Shown: one piece after another, positions 34,755 to 48,100 of the stretch | How the letters are laid out: each line of letters begins with the position of its first letter | Position numbering within the stretch: position 1 is the stretch's first letter | DNA from: Leidyana gryllorum EB-2025a | Taxonomy: Eukaryota; Protista; Apicomplexa | Length of the DNA: 64,000 nt | Direction: 5' to 3' | Assembly: GCA_048772705.1 (NCBI GenBank) | Contig: JBLWGC010000230.1 | Location: forward strand, 434,001-498,000 | Made by a program: the position numbers and the translations under genes | Notes under the pieces: generated by a model | The model's input: only the letters and a program-made list of their open reading frames with translations | Database searches by the model: none | What the model was told of the DNA's origin: nothing

Positions 34755-36955
34755 CGCTACCTGCGCTCAATCGGGATAGATCACCTTCGAACCCAACGAT
34801 CGTTGAAGCTTGAAGACATCGTTGTCCAACTGTCAGTCGATTTGATTCAAACTAACGCTTGTCAAGTAGTTCCTCACCTGCTCAGAGCTCGTCATCATCG
34901 TTTCATAGGCGCCTTCCTTGGTCACTTTAACGCTTCCGATCAAGCCACTAGCCTCCAACTCTTTCCGCGTAGGGCCTGGAAGTAAAAGTGTATTTCGGGC
35001 TTAAATAATGGTGGTGACTCACGTGTGATGTCGATAGCACGAGCTGAGCACTCGTCCTCAGCGTCCACCTCAAAGTAGTCCTCGATGGTGTCATCCTCGG
35101 CGTGAATAGCGGCCTCGGCCCTCTGGATCTGAAGCGGAGTTGAGCGTGGGAGAGGTAGATCCTCTGGATAGTCATTACCGTTTGGTACAGGGCTGTGATG
35201 AAGTCAGCGTCTCCCTTGCCCTCTGCTTCCTCAGCTTCAGCATGTTCCAAGAGAGTTTGCATGGCGTGTTGCTCGTCTCTCAGATGTTGGGTGAAGTCGA
35301 AGACTTGAGAGGTGCTCAAAGTACATGACGGTCCCGTATACCCTTCGTGACAAACACATTTGTCGTTGATAGTGCAGAAACCCCGACGACAACAGTCCTT
35401 AGGACAAGCCTTTCTCCTCCCACAATTGAGACCCATATAATCTGACAGCCACCAATGGCTCGCTGAGAGTGGGAAATCTTACCTTCGTCACAAATGCATT
35501 GAGATTTCTCATTGCAGAGGCCGTGTCCGGAGCAATCGTCCAAGCAGCGATTCTCGCCGTACTCGCATGAGGGTCCAGAGAAGCCCAAATAGCAGTCGCA
35601 CCGTCCCACATCGAGCATGACCCCATGATTGTGACAGTTTGGGATGGCAGTGTCCTGCATGACGAGCGCGTTACAATCCATGCCTTCTGAGAATCCCGTT
35701 GTACACCTGCATGAGCTTCCTTGACACTTTCCACCTCGCATACATCCTCCTTCACAACCGTTGCCGAGCTTTGCCATCATGGGTATCGTCACTGCATAGT
35801 TCGCCGGCTTCATATCGAGAGTGCCAATGTGACCCCCAAAGGCTACTAGCATTGTATCCAGCGGCCGCATCAGGGCAAAGTGGCTTCTGATTCCAACGCC
35901 ACTCGAATAATGTGTCCATCCAGCAGACGGAGACCGTGTGTCAATGGCCCATGAGCCCTCATAACATATCACTCCTTCTGTAGGATCTTCTCGACAACCC
36001 CCTGTTCGCAGTAACACATATCCGATATTCACGACTCCTGCCCCTTTCACCACAGGAGGACATTTCGGCATTTGCACCGTCATTAGAGTGGGCGGAGTGG
36101 CATCCAGTTTCACATACTCCAAGGAGCAATCAGGCGCGTGTTGAGGATCATGTGCTCTTGCGACAGACAGGTGATCCACCAAGTACAGGTTGTTATCCAA
36201 CAGCACCGTGTGATGATGATACAGTGCACGGCTCGGCCTCGCGCTCAACTGTAACAGAGGGGCAGTACGGTAGATGAAAGCTGAAGAAGACCAAGATTGA
36301 CTGATACGCTTTTGAAGTTGCCATACCATCGGATGGGCCTTTGAACCGCTGTTCCTGAAAATCGATAACCCAGAGATCATCGTGGACATTTCCTGTCTCT
36401 CCAATGCCGCCCGAAAGGAATAGGGTACGACCGTCCGAACTGAGGGCATGTGCTCGCCGTGGCTCGGGTCGTTTGACTGATCTGGTGAAACCAATATTCC
36501 ATATTTGAGCGTCCGTATCCCAGATGTAACAGTCGTTCCGCAGCCCGCCAGTATCTTCGCCTCCGAAAAGAAACACGAAGCGCTCGCCAATAACAGCCAT
36601 TGCGGCCTGCTTGCGGGGACTCGGTCGGTCTGAATCATATCCTTGCTTGCCTCACGCCCCTGAGTCACTCACCTCCGACACTGGGCATAGACTTCCATGA
36701 CTGCTTGGCGGGATCTATTTCTATCAGATCGTCGATGAAGTTGTGAGTCTGTCGAGATCGTTATTCCAACTCAGCTTGGTCGTGAGGTACCTGATTGTAA
36801 CCCCCATAGCGGTAGATCAGCCCGTTGACTGTTGCATGGGCCGCATCATATGCTATTGGCAAAGGGCGCGAGAAGGAGAGCTCGCTGAAAGTCAGACTGC
36901 TGCTCAACGGGTTTTGAACAGCGAGTGTGGCTTGTGACAGTGCGTTAAGCTTCAT
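34755..36955 (-). CDS. Kelch-repeat plus tenascin-type EGF-repeat protein, multi-exon; 3' end approximate
   Basis: Kelch blades (IYRYGGY, FVFLFGGED, LFLSGGI, LRTGGC, VAFGGH) followed by EGF repeats (CHNHGV...CDCYLGFSGPSC, CSGHGLC...CICD, CVCHEGYTGPSC). Confidence 0.75.
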
Positions 36956-36987
36956 CAGTGTTCGCCACACACGTGTGCGATATCCTG

Positions 36988-39900
36988 TCAGCGTTGTGTA
37001 GTAAGCGCGCTGGGGGTGATGGCAGGAACATTTTCACGCCTCGCAGTGATATTCAGGGCATGCCACCAATCGTCTCTACATCCGCAATCATCAAAATAGA
37101 ATCGGACTTTGCTCACCGCAATCCCTTGTCATCGAAGTGGAGTAGGAAGTGTGTGGGTTGGCCCGAAAGGTCTGAACCACAAAGTCGTATGCAGAACATG
37201 GTGGGTGGCTCGGATTGGTCATCTGTGAGGCTCATCGAGCCGGGACCCATCAGCGCATTGGCAACGGTCGCAAAGAGACCCAACGACGGACGATCCTGTG
37301 GCGGAGTCTGGAGTTGGAGGTCAAAGTGATGAATTGCTGTGGACATGTCCATAGCCAACGTTGCCAGTGGGAAAGGGCTGATTGGAGTTTCATAACACAC
37401 GAGGTCGCCTGACGAGGATGTGTGAAGACCCCGAGCCCGAGTAGAAGAGCTGCTCACCATAGCTATACAACAAAGTTACACAAGCTGTGTCTCCCCAGAG
37501 TTTGTCTGAAACATCAATGCTGGACGCAGATTCCGGGCTGTTGAGTGGTGTGGGCGGATTGATGGTGATGCGCAGTGTTGCCGCTCTATAGAGGGGGGCT
37601 GTGAAACGTTTGTAGCAAAGGTCGTTGACATTGGAGATCAGGAGCGCCTCAGCGGGATAGTTGTCGATGGCTGGGGTCAGGAACCCGAGAGCTCCAAGGA
37701 GGTACCCATCCCTGTGATGTATAGGGAAGAAGCAGGGAGCGAGTGTGGTGATCATGGGCAGATCTTCGAGATTGAGGGGAGCAGGCAGAGTGATGGGATT
37801 TTTGTTCTTGTTGAGTTGCAAGGAGGGCAGAAAAGTAGTGAGATTGGTAGCGATCGCGTAGTGTTTCCGAAGGTATCGAATGAATCCTGGCGTATAGAAA
37901 TGTTGGAGAGATTTCGTTGCAGCCTGTTGTTACCTGATGGATCGGAGACTTCAATGACCAAATCATCCTGTCCAGCAATCTCCAGAACAAAGACGGTTGG
38001 GTAGTGATGGAAGGCGTTGACGCGACGCAATTGGGACAGATGCGCTTGAACCGCACTGAGACGGTCGATGGTGAACTCCTTCTTTCGGGTCTTCAAGATA
38101 TGCTCCGCTGTGAGATTCTCGCGGATGTTGGGCGCGTCACTGCGTACAAAAGGCCACACGAGGAGGTTTCCAGCGACCATCGCAACCACACCAACGCAAT
38201 GAGTGACGATGTTCCCCAATATCTCTGATCGATGACATATCCCGGACCATATTACCGCCAGCGCCTCTACGATTAAATGTGTTTGTTAAAGAGCAGAGGA
38301 CAGAGGATCAAACTACTCACGATTGTACGAGGGTTGACGTTCCAAGATGGCTTTGATTGCACGTCTTTTGCGCAGATTGAGTCGATCTGTTGGAGATCAA
38401 ATTGGCGATAGCGGCGGCGCGAATGGCACTTACCTCCTGAGGGTTTCTCAGTCAGCTCGAAATAGTTTTGAATTGATTTGAATTCTTCGCTGATGAGTCT
38501 CTCGTCGTACTTTGACCCCTCTTTGACAAAACTGAACTGCAGATACGTTCGATTTCGGGGTCTCGAGTGTGGTGATATTTCGGTCGATATGAGTGATTCG
38601 ATGTCGGCCCGGCGCGCACTTCTTCTCAGTCCTGGGAAGGCCGAGGTCGGGGTGGGCCAACTCTGGAAACTCCGAACGATTTGACGGAGCTTTGATCGAA
38701 GGGCAGTCGTTCGGGCGTCCAGAGTGATTGTGAGGCCGCTCGCATTGGATACCTCCAGGCACGTGTCCAGTAACAAGTTGAGGAGCGCGGCGCTTTCTTG
38801 CGATTCCACACTCACCGGACAGACAGCAGCGAGCAAAAAGGCGACGTCCACCGAGTGTTCGGGTTTTCGTAAGACTTGCGCTGAGGCCAAATGGAATATC
38901 GAGTTCCCGCGCGCGTCTTTAGTGAGCAGAAGGGCGCTCCAGATTGTCGGACAGTGCCGCATGACAACGGTTTGGAAATGAGTGAAGAGACCCGCGTCGT
39001 CCATGACGACGGCCAAATGCAAGGGATTCCAGCCCAACTCATAGATACACTGAAATAGGGTATGAGGCTCCGCCGTCTCCCCCAGAGCCTCGAGAATGGA
39101 TCTTTTATTGCTGTATAACGCTTGATGCCAGCGACTCCATCCTTCTGGACCCACACCCTCGTTGTCCACAGTGAAGTTTATATCCCCAGGCGTCCCTTGG
39201 CGATGAGAGCTGGCGAAAGCCTCATATGACTCGGCCAATGCCCCTTTGAGAACCTCTCCTTCAGCTGTCCAACTCTTGATCGGACGGTTGTACCGCCGCA
39301 CTCTCGATAGGTATTCAGTCTGCACGCCTTTTGCCCATTTGGTGGCCTGCGGTGCCAAAGCCTCCCACTGACTGACGGCCGATGAGGTAATCGATTTCGA
39401 CACAATCTCTTCGTACCCGACTGCTGGCGAAGAGGGAGACGAGGCGAGGGCAAACGAGACGGATTGTTCACGCAGTTTGAGCACCTGAGATGTGCGCGCA
39501 GAGGTCGAGTGGAGAGAGACACACACACAGAATACCCTTACCTCCTCATTGGCGCTTTTCGCTTTGATGAGAGCTTCGCTCTTCTCAAATCTCTCTCCAG
39601 TCAATTGTGATTGAAGTTCAGTGATTTGAAGCTCGAGATCGGCAATCTTCTGGTGCAAGGCTGCCTTGGCGAAGGCCTCTTCAGCTTTACGGTCGGTGTC
39701 TCTTTTGAGCAGATTGTCTTTGACAGTGGCGATCTCTTCCTCCAATCTCAGTATTTCGTCTTCAGCAGTCTTCGCAGAGCTCTGCCAATACTCTTGCTGA
39801 CTTTGCAGTGAGGCTATTTGGCGCTGCAGATCGGTGATCATATTGTGAGCGTCACGGTCTCGAAGAGCCAAGATGGCCGCCAGATCGTGGCAGACAGTTT

Positions 39901-40218
39901 CCGAGGGACTTCTGACCATAAATAATTGACTCAGTACCGCATTGTGGGCGAGAAAGGTATCCTGAATCGAACTGGCGGCGTCTCCTAAGCCTTCTTTTTC
40001 TACAATCGCCGCTACCACATCTTCGTCTGGGGCATTTGAGAGGAAATGCTCGGCCACTGCACTTCGACTGCCGTCGGACTCGGCAACTTCAGTGCCTCGA
40101 CGGCTGCGGGTGAGACTCGCCAACGAGTCAGAGTCCGCAGAGTCCTCGGGTCTCAGTGTCATTAGATATATATACGACAAGCGACCCGTGCACCTGGTGC
40201 AACCATTACTGTTGTCAT
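36988..40218 (-). CDS. Coiled-coil plus ankyrin-repeat protein with probable C-terminal PH-like regions, multi-exon; boundaries approximate
   Basis: Heptad coiled coil; GWNPLHLAV and KDARGNSIFHLA ankyrin motifs. Spliceable continuation through 37752-38250, 37390-37821 and 37113-37460, ending DDWWHALN...QR*. Confidence 0.6.
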
Positions 40219-40270
40219 AGGTATTCTACAGCGCCCCACAGTCAAATCAATTCTCACATTCTGAGAGCAT

Positions 40271-40853
40271 TTAACATTCAATGTATTCAGAAAGCATTCC
40301 ACAGCCGCCAATGTTGTCGAGTAGGGCGACGGTGGCCTGTTCTTGTTGTGTAGACACAGTCGGGGTGGTGGTGGTGGTGGATTGGTGTCGGAGTCGTCGA
40401 TGCTTTGTCAGATCCCTCTCAGAGACTCGTTGAACTCTATCGGAACTTCCCGGAACCGACCGGTCTTCGGCCATTTTTGGCCGGAAAGTCCATTCTGATA
40501 CCCAATACGGAGGAAGGGGTGGGGTCGGGAGACCCCAGTTCGTTGGCCCGGCCTTGAGCAATATGTACCCGATGTCTGGTGAGCATATAGACTTTGTTCT
40601 CACTCAACATATTGTTGATGAGAGCGACATTGGGAGCTCCACCCAGTGCTGGAGAGTAAGTTAGCCGGCAGTGTGCATTGTAGTCCCGTGCATTCCCACT
40701 GGTGAGGTCGTCCTGGTCCCTGGATTTGATCAGACTAGAGATGAAGTGTTTTTCGCGTGAAGAGAAGCTGCTGAGATCGAGCAATTGGTTCTCCGTGGGA
40801 TCTCGGGCCGATGCAGCAGCCACAACAAGTATTAAGCTTAAAACTTTCCTCAT
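40271..40853 (-). CDS. Small putative secreted protein
   Basis: MRKVLSLILVVAAASA signal peptide. A likely 28-nt intron (about 40576-40603) joins it to the 40271-40603 frame, which has a Thr-rich stretch. Confidence 0.5.
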
Positions 40854-40873
40854 GGTGCATACTGGGGGTGCTA

Positions 40874-42686
40874 TCACATGACCTTCTGGATCTTCTCCGA
40901 AAGCAGTTCGACCACCTGAAAACTGAGCGTCGAACAACGTTGACTGCCATTCTCACCTCCCGTAACTCGTTGAAAGTAGTCACAGAGTCCTCGTAGATCT
41001 GCTGGGGAGCTGCGTCTTGGAATATAATGAATACACCTCGACCCTGATCCAGGGTTCCAGCCACCTTGTGATCCAGGATCATTTCACACAACCTGAGATC
41101 AAAATGACCACCAAATCATCAATTGCTGTCACTCACTTGGCTTGGACTCTGTCCAGTGGCAAACGGCACTTTTGAGCGACATATGGGATCTCCACCCTGA
41201 AATTGTGACGGACGACAGTCTCGCAATGGGTAAGCGCGGTGACACCTCACTCTGAGTAGGGTTGCACGAGCTTTGTGATGGTCTGCTCCAAAAGCTGCTC
41301 GGCTGCTTGATCAATGTGTCGAGCCATCAGTGCATCAGCCTGAATGACTGAAGAGAAACGAAAGATGACGTGAACAGAGGAGATTTTCGATCGACTTACA
41401 GTCGCGATGCTTCAGAATTGCAGCCTCAAATCCTTCGAGGTTCCGGGCCGCATATGCCTTGGCTATCTCGATCAAACATTTGATCTCGTCCAACTCGAGG
41501 TATTTGAGCCCTAAATGTGAGTTTCGAGTCATCTTAGAAGTGGTCGTCGTCGCTGCTCACCAGTGGTTCCCCTGCCAATGTGAGTAATGTTGTCTGCTTG
41601 GTCGGACATGATGCGGCAAAGCATCATATACTTGAGTGCCTGCACCGCTCGATCGTCATTCTGCAGGTTATACGCTTCGAATGCTTCGTAAAAGTAACTG
41701 TAAGCCGTTCTGAAGTCTTTCTCCTCAGCGTGGAGGCAGCCCGCCACCATATCTATACTGGCCTGCAGCATTGGTGGGCAGTGTATGGCATTAGCGTTGG
41801 TCTTGGAGGCGGTAAGGGCAGCTTTGGCCTTTGGAATGTGGCGAATGTTGAAGTTCAACTTGGCTTCGACCAGATGAACCTCAACCAACAATAGTTTATC
41901 GTCCATCTTCTTTATCTCACTCAGTAACGGACCCAACAACTGAAGCCCAGCCTGTACGCGGTTCTGTTGCTCGTATCTGATTAAGAAGGAATGATTGCGC
42001 GCGAGAAAGTGACCCTCAGCACTCACAGGCTGGCGAGTTTGGTCTGAATTCGATGTCGCAAGAATGTCCGTTTCTCCTCAGTGCACCACTCGATACATAA
42101 TTGGCAGAGGTCAATCTGGAGGTCAGCCGAGTTGGGCATCTTGGGTACGAGATCAATTATCATTCGAGCTGCGTGAACACACACTTGGGAGCCAATGACA
42201 TTGGGAGCTCACTGATTTTGGCCATACGCGCCTTGGGAAAGATGTTGATGAGGGGTCGCAGACTGTCAAAGAATCTCCGGAAGTCATCTTGTTTATCCTG
42301 TTGGACCATTAGATTCCCCTCTTCGAGAATAGCCGTCTCTTTTTCCTTCAAAACGTCCAATTCAGCCAATTTGGGATCGATAACAACCGTCGCTGGCTGT
42401 CCCTACAATGTACACGAAATCCACAGTCACTCCTCGCCATACCCCTTCCTATTTACTCACTGCAGCGATAGCCTCCTGACGCATACGAGCAGTTGTAGCC
42501 CGCAACGCAGCTGCATAGTCAGCTTCAACAACCTTCTTCAAGGCATTCAGCTTCTGTTGATACTCCTCATCGCTCAGACGCGCCTGTTAACACGAGTCTC
42601 GTCTCACAAACTCAATCAATCTCCTAGGTTACCTTGACCACACTGCCGTGTAAGGCTTGCTGGATGACAGGAGCGAGCGTTGCCAT
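40874..42686 (-). CDS. RPN6: 26S proteasome regulatory subunit RPN6/PSMD11, multi-exon
   Basis: LLSEIKKMDDKLLLVEVHLVE, KAALTASKTNANAIHCPP, EKDFRTAYSYFYEAFE, MILDHKVAGTLDQG (PCI domain). Confidence 0.95.
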
Positions 42687-42811
42687 TTAGTGGCGAATTT
42701 TTGGTCGCTCTCCAGCTACTATGATAGACAGTCAGTCCTCTTCACCAAATTCACTCAGAACGGACGCCCAATACCCAATACCTATAACGATATTTTTACG
42801 TTTACACCATA

Positions 42812-43750
42812 ATGGCGCGCAAAGCATCCACTGAAAAGGACCAACCGGCAAGTGCTCCCAAGGTGCCTGTAGTGCTCTATTATCCGAACCTTATTGGTAA
42901 CTACCCCAAACGTGTACCTCACCCAGCCTCCTTGACGACGACAGGATATGGACGAATCATATTCACACTCCTAGCCGTGGCCTGCTTCACGCGCTGCCCA
43001 TGGACCGCAGCAACTTTCTACGCCATCTCTCAATTCGCTGATGCCCTCGACGGCCACGTTGCCAGAGCCTACAACCAATGTGAGACCGCTCGCCATCATG
43101 CTACTCAAGTATCTTGTCCTATTCAGGTTCTCAAATGGGCGCTGTTCTGGACATGCTGACCGACAGAATGTCAACGCTAGGCATTTACATCCTTCTGGCA
43201 GCGCAATTCCCCCCCTGGGCAGGCGGTGAGTCAAACTCTCCTCGACCACCAACTTCCTTCACCTAGTGGTCTTCCTCTTTGCTGTCGCTGACATGGCTGG
43301 CCATTGGTGCTATCACCATGCGCAAACTCTCAGAGGAGCCAAGTCCCACAAGTTAGCACCACCATCATGGCCATTGCTGCACTGGTACTATACCGAAAGA
43401 TGTAAGTAGCGATGCACAGGGGTTGCATTGCGATTTTGATACCATCAGCTGTCATGTTCATCTGCCATTTGTCGTATGAAGTAGCATTGAATGCTCTTTT
43501 GGTCTCCTCATTGCTGGAAACTAACATACTCAAGCCGTTCGGTAAGAACACGAACAATCTTTGCTGCCGGGCAACATTGATATGGTAGTCTGGGGACTCT
43601 TCCTGATCGCAGCACCCGGTGCAGGCTTCAAAGCAGTAAGCTTTGATCTCAGACTCCCTTCATCACATTTGATCCCCGCAGTTCACAAACTTCACCCAGA
43701 TATTCTTGGGAGGTAGCCTACTAGTCGCCATTGACGAGGAAGCGAGATAG
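42812..43750 (+). CDS. PIS1: Phosphatidylinositol synthase (CDP-alcohol phosphatidyltransferase), multi-exon
   Basis: VLYYPNLIG, DALDGHVARAYNQ and GAVLDMLTDR forming the CDP-alcohol phosphotransferase motif. Confidence 0.92.
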
Positions 43751-43776
43751 ACAGTTTTGGACGGACCGAAAAACTG

Positions 43777-45182
43777 ATGGGTGGCAATGAAGATACCTTA
43801 GCATCACCAGTATTCAAGATTGGACATGCGCGGTCTCCTACAGCCAATTTGCACACGGGTGTGCTATCCACCAACCATGACAGGCCGAACGCGCTGAGGT
43901 CCAGAACGTCGTCAACAGCTTCGAATCCCGTTATGTACTCAAGTCAGACCTTCTCCGAGACCGCCTCCACGGTGCGTGGCGATGTCGCACCATGTCTGCC
44001 CCCAGGCCCGACGACTGCTTGCAGTAAAGATACAAAGCTGCTATGTCGTTTGATAGGGCTACACAACAAAGTCACGTTGTCTCCCACTGTCAATTTCTCC
44101 ATAGACGGGGGCACACCTAGTGCCTTCCGAATCGTTGAGATGCTGGACATAGGGCGGAACCTCAAATGTATAATTGCTGAGGTATGTGTTATGGACACAT
44201 TACACACCTATCGATTGTGCAGGAACCAATAGCGAAGTATCGGGAACGAGCACGTACATCGCCTCAAGCAAAGTTTGCTCGGTCTTCTGGGCATGAGGAG
44301 TGGCTGAACTCTCTATGGGATAAGGATGAGGATGGACGGCACATCCTAATGGTGTTCAACTGGTTCAGTCCAAAGACAACATGGGACTACATCACCCTGG
44401 GTTTACAAATAGTTACCAACACCGATCTGGATGCCAAGGGCGGACTGTTGGGTTCGATATATATGGAGAAGGCCTCCGATTTCCTCTGGGACTCCCGAAT
44501 GCTGAAGTTTCTGGAAGACAACGGCTTAACAGCTGGTACGGGAGGCCCTGATCTGCCCTCAAATTCGATCAAACTCATAACACTAACTGGTTTTTCCTTC
44601 GGAGGTGCCATTGCCCACGCGTTTGCTTACCTTTTGCGGTAAGGGGGTTTCCTGTGAGAGCAAAGAGCATAATATGGCTTGTTATTCTTCCAGGGAAACA
44701 AAATCTATCCAGCTCCCTCTCCGTATTGTTGGTATGGGTTCTCCACGGCCGGGTTCACCACAATTCACTCAATGGTTCATGGAAAATATGACGCCTGACA
44801 GTATGAATGTGATTTTGTTCGATGAAGTCATCTCTGCTAACGGCGTGGCAGAAGTTGAGTACGATCCGGTGACCCAAGGTCCAGCACGCGGATCCGGATA
44901 TGATTATCACCCTCGATGTTATCTGTTGCATAGAAGATTCGGAACGTTGAGGCCGCTCACTCCGGCAGAGCAGCGTCACATGAGTTCGACAGCCACCGAG
45001 GTGGGTCTACGTCGGTCAGATATTGCAGTCAATGTCTTGTGTAGGCGCAAGGGGCTTCAAGGTGGCAAGCGTTATTACAGGCCATTCCTGGTATCACGGC
45101 TACGACGGAGAGAGACAGGCTCTGGAAGAAATTACACGGAGTGATAAAATACTATGAGGGGATGTTTGGTACAGGGTGTTGA
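43777..45182 (+). CDS. Class 3 (alpha/beta-hydrolase) lipase, multi-exon; start uncertain
   Basis: LTGFSFGGAIA nucleophile elbow, GMGSPRPGS (cf. FGxPRVG), YDPVTQGP acid motif, and a C-terminal His (KLHGVIKYY). Confidence 0.8.
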
Positions 45183-45191
45183 CACGATTAG

Positions 45192-48100
45192 TCAAGTGAC
45201 TGGCTGAACAAGGGCGTGGGGTACGGGAGCGGCAGGCGTAGCTGCTCTTCTGGTTCGCAATGACCCCCAGTAGCGTACATATAACTCCGCCAGTCTCTTG
45301 TCTAGCGGTGGACAACTTTTGAGCGAGGGGCTGTGCTGCAGGGTACACTCGATGTCCATGAGAGGGGGACTCCGTTCCCCCTCCAACCACAGCTCGTTAT
45401 CATACAACCGCCGCATCAACGCGTCCACCAAGTGCAACATGCTCACCGGTTCGCTAGCCAGACGCTGCGGAATGAGCTCAGGATTTATCGAGAAGATAGA
45501 GAGAGATAGAGACAGAATGTATATGGACTTACCGCCAGGAACTCGGTGCAACTCACAACGTCAAATGTCAAGCCTGCTTGTCGGAGGGCGTTTAGCCAGT
45601 CTTTCCAGGACGCTGCCCTCGGATTCCTGACATGATAAACACGTAGCATCTCGTCTCGTCCTGAACGGTTCTCGGCCTCAAGCACCTCGGTGATGCAGGA
45701 GGCGGCTATGTTAACTGGTACAATGGAACAGTCGAGGCTTAGTTCAGGCATCATGCGGAGCTTCGTGCCTCCCATAGTCAAGAGGGCAGCAAAGTTGTCA
45801 ACTCTGTGTGTTTGTTCGGGGGGGCTGATTGAGAAAGAGACTTACGGCCATATTCCATAATGAGTGTCCCCTCCAACAATACCCATTCTACATGTGGAGA
45901 AGTATGAAGTGACAGTTGCGGTGCGGGGGTGTGGGAAGGACGGTGTGGTGGTTTACCTAAAAATACGGACAGGAAGATCAAGGAGAGTGTGTGCCTTTTG
46001 AATGAGTAACTCTCCAATACACTTGGACAAGCTGTAGCCCGAGTCGAGGGCCATACGGAGCTGTCGGCTCGGGGGTAGAAATACATCGGGAGGGATATGA
46101 ATATCGGGATAGCGATGGACTGCTGTCATAGAAGATATGAAGCAAATTCTTCTGCGAGAAGCTGCCTGCGCGTCGTAGCGGGAGCCAGTAGCTCCTTTGG
46201 GTCCCAGAGCCGCGAATCGGACCAAATCGGCCACACTGCGTACGCAATCGTTAACGTATGATTCCAGAGGAAGATTTTGATTGCTTCGCCAAGCACAATG
46301 AATGATCAGAGTGACTTCGTCGCGCATCTCAAGAAGCTTCTCGGGGTCGCAACCGGAGAATCCGGCATTGAGATCGTAAGGTACAGCTTCAATGCGATTG
46401 CGATCCATAGTGTGGTAGAAATCTAGTCCTCTTTCGAGGCATAATTGGCGAAGGCGGGGGCCTACTTGAGAAGCCCCAATGCCCTTGTTATTGATACCAG
46501 GACGAACAAGAAGATATATCTTCTTGAATCGGCGGTTGGGCAACATTGTTTGCACAATATGTGATCCCAAGCTGCCGGTAACTCCAGAAATAAGAACCAC
46601 GTCCTCCCCGTCATCGTCAAGACCGGGGTGCGTGGGTGTTGAGTCACACCTTCGGGGATTTCGATTGCGGTTTGCTCCGCGAGAGACTGCCATAGACTGC
46701 GCTCGTTGCCGCCTACGATGGATCACCTCAGAAGCCAAGGCATCGAGGTAGTCGCTGTAGAAGTCATAGACGGCTTGAGCTGTTCTCAGATTGACACCTC
46801 CTTCAGCTTTGATGTCGACATGGAAGGCGCCAACATTGAAGCGAGGCGTGGGAGTACTCAATAGGCTCTTTCGCACGTGGAAGTCGTGGAAGGGCGATGA
46901 GCCTCCACCACCATCACATCGACAATCCTCTGTGCCGTTAGCATTCACTTGGGCCGACAAGGCGGCGAAGAGGTCCTGCACTCTTGAGTGTTGATATAGC
47001 AAATAGCTGGGGATCGGTAGAGCGAAAGTATGTTCCAAAGTTCGTGCAACAGCCAGCGCCAATTGACTAGTCATTCCGAGGTCGAAGAGGGTCAGGCTGC
47101 TATTTAGCTCTTCAGGTGGCAGGTTCAGCAGGTCCGAGAGTACTTCTATGATTTGCTGGGCGGTTGGCGGCGAGTGCAGGGCCTTGAGGTCAACCAGACT
47201 GCCCTCAATCGGGCTCGGCACACCTCTGTCACGGCCGTAGAAGGCATCTATCTCTCTTGCAAACGTTGTTGAAACTAGTCCCCTGTCCACGCTCCCCTTG
47301 GTAGACAGTGGAATTCGGGAGCAACTAGGCAGTATGTGAACCAAGTCGGGGTAAATATGAGAGTGTTCGGGTAATAACTTGTTGGCTACCTCGATCGCGC
47401 GGAGAACTTCGCTCATAGCGTCCTCCAGTTGGAGAAAGGAGCTCTTTTTGAGCTCAATGATCACTCCTGGTTGAGCCTCGCCTTCACCAACAACCACCGC
47501 CCGACAGATCTTGTTGCTCGCACTCACAATGGCGCTTTCCACAGCTAAGGCATTGGTTCTCATACCATTCAGATGAACCAACGTGTCGTCTCTCCGTCCG
47601 TGGAACGCCCACATGTTCTCTCCATTCACTGTCCATAGAACGAACGAGTTACAACAACAAACCCTTTCTCTCTCAAAACAGCTCGGCTTCGGGGGTGGTC
47701 AGTCACATCACGAAACTCACGCACAAATCCATTGACGACGCTCCACCGCCTCCTCACATTCACACACTGCCACAGACGTGCCCACACTTCATACCCCAGC
47801 CACAAGAACACTCCACCGAGAAGAGACGCTCGCACACACTGCTTACCTGGCACAAAAAGGTCGCGTGTGGCATGCCCATCGAAACAGTTCCGGAGACTTT
47901 CGCTGAATCCAGGAGTGTCGTCAGTAATTATCAACTCGAAAACTCCTTCGTCAACCTCTTCTACTGGAGCCATAACGTACCCGAATGTAGGAAAAGGGCA
48001 CATCCAGGTGGCATCGGTAGGTTTAGTGAAAACACCTGCCAGCAGCGGTCCAAACTCTGTCGAACCATATAAACCCCTAATCCGAATCTGCGTCCAATAA

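Noticed and set aside
37752-38219. Separate signal-peptide gene or start of the Kelch gene
   Set aside because: It has no ATG start, and it splices plausibly from the upstream ankyrin gene through an intron at about 38268-38320.
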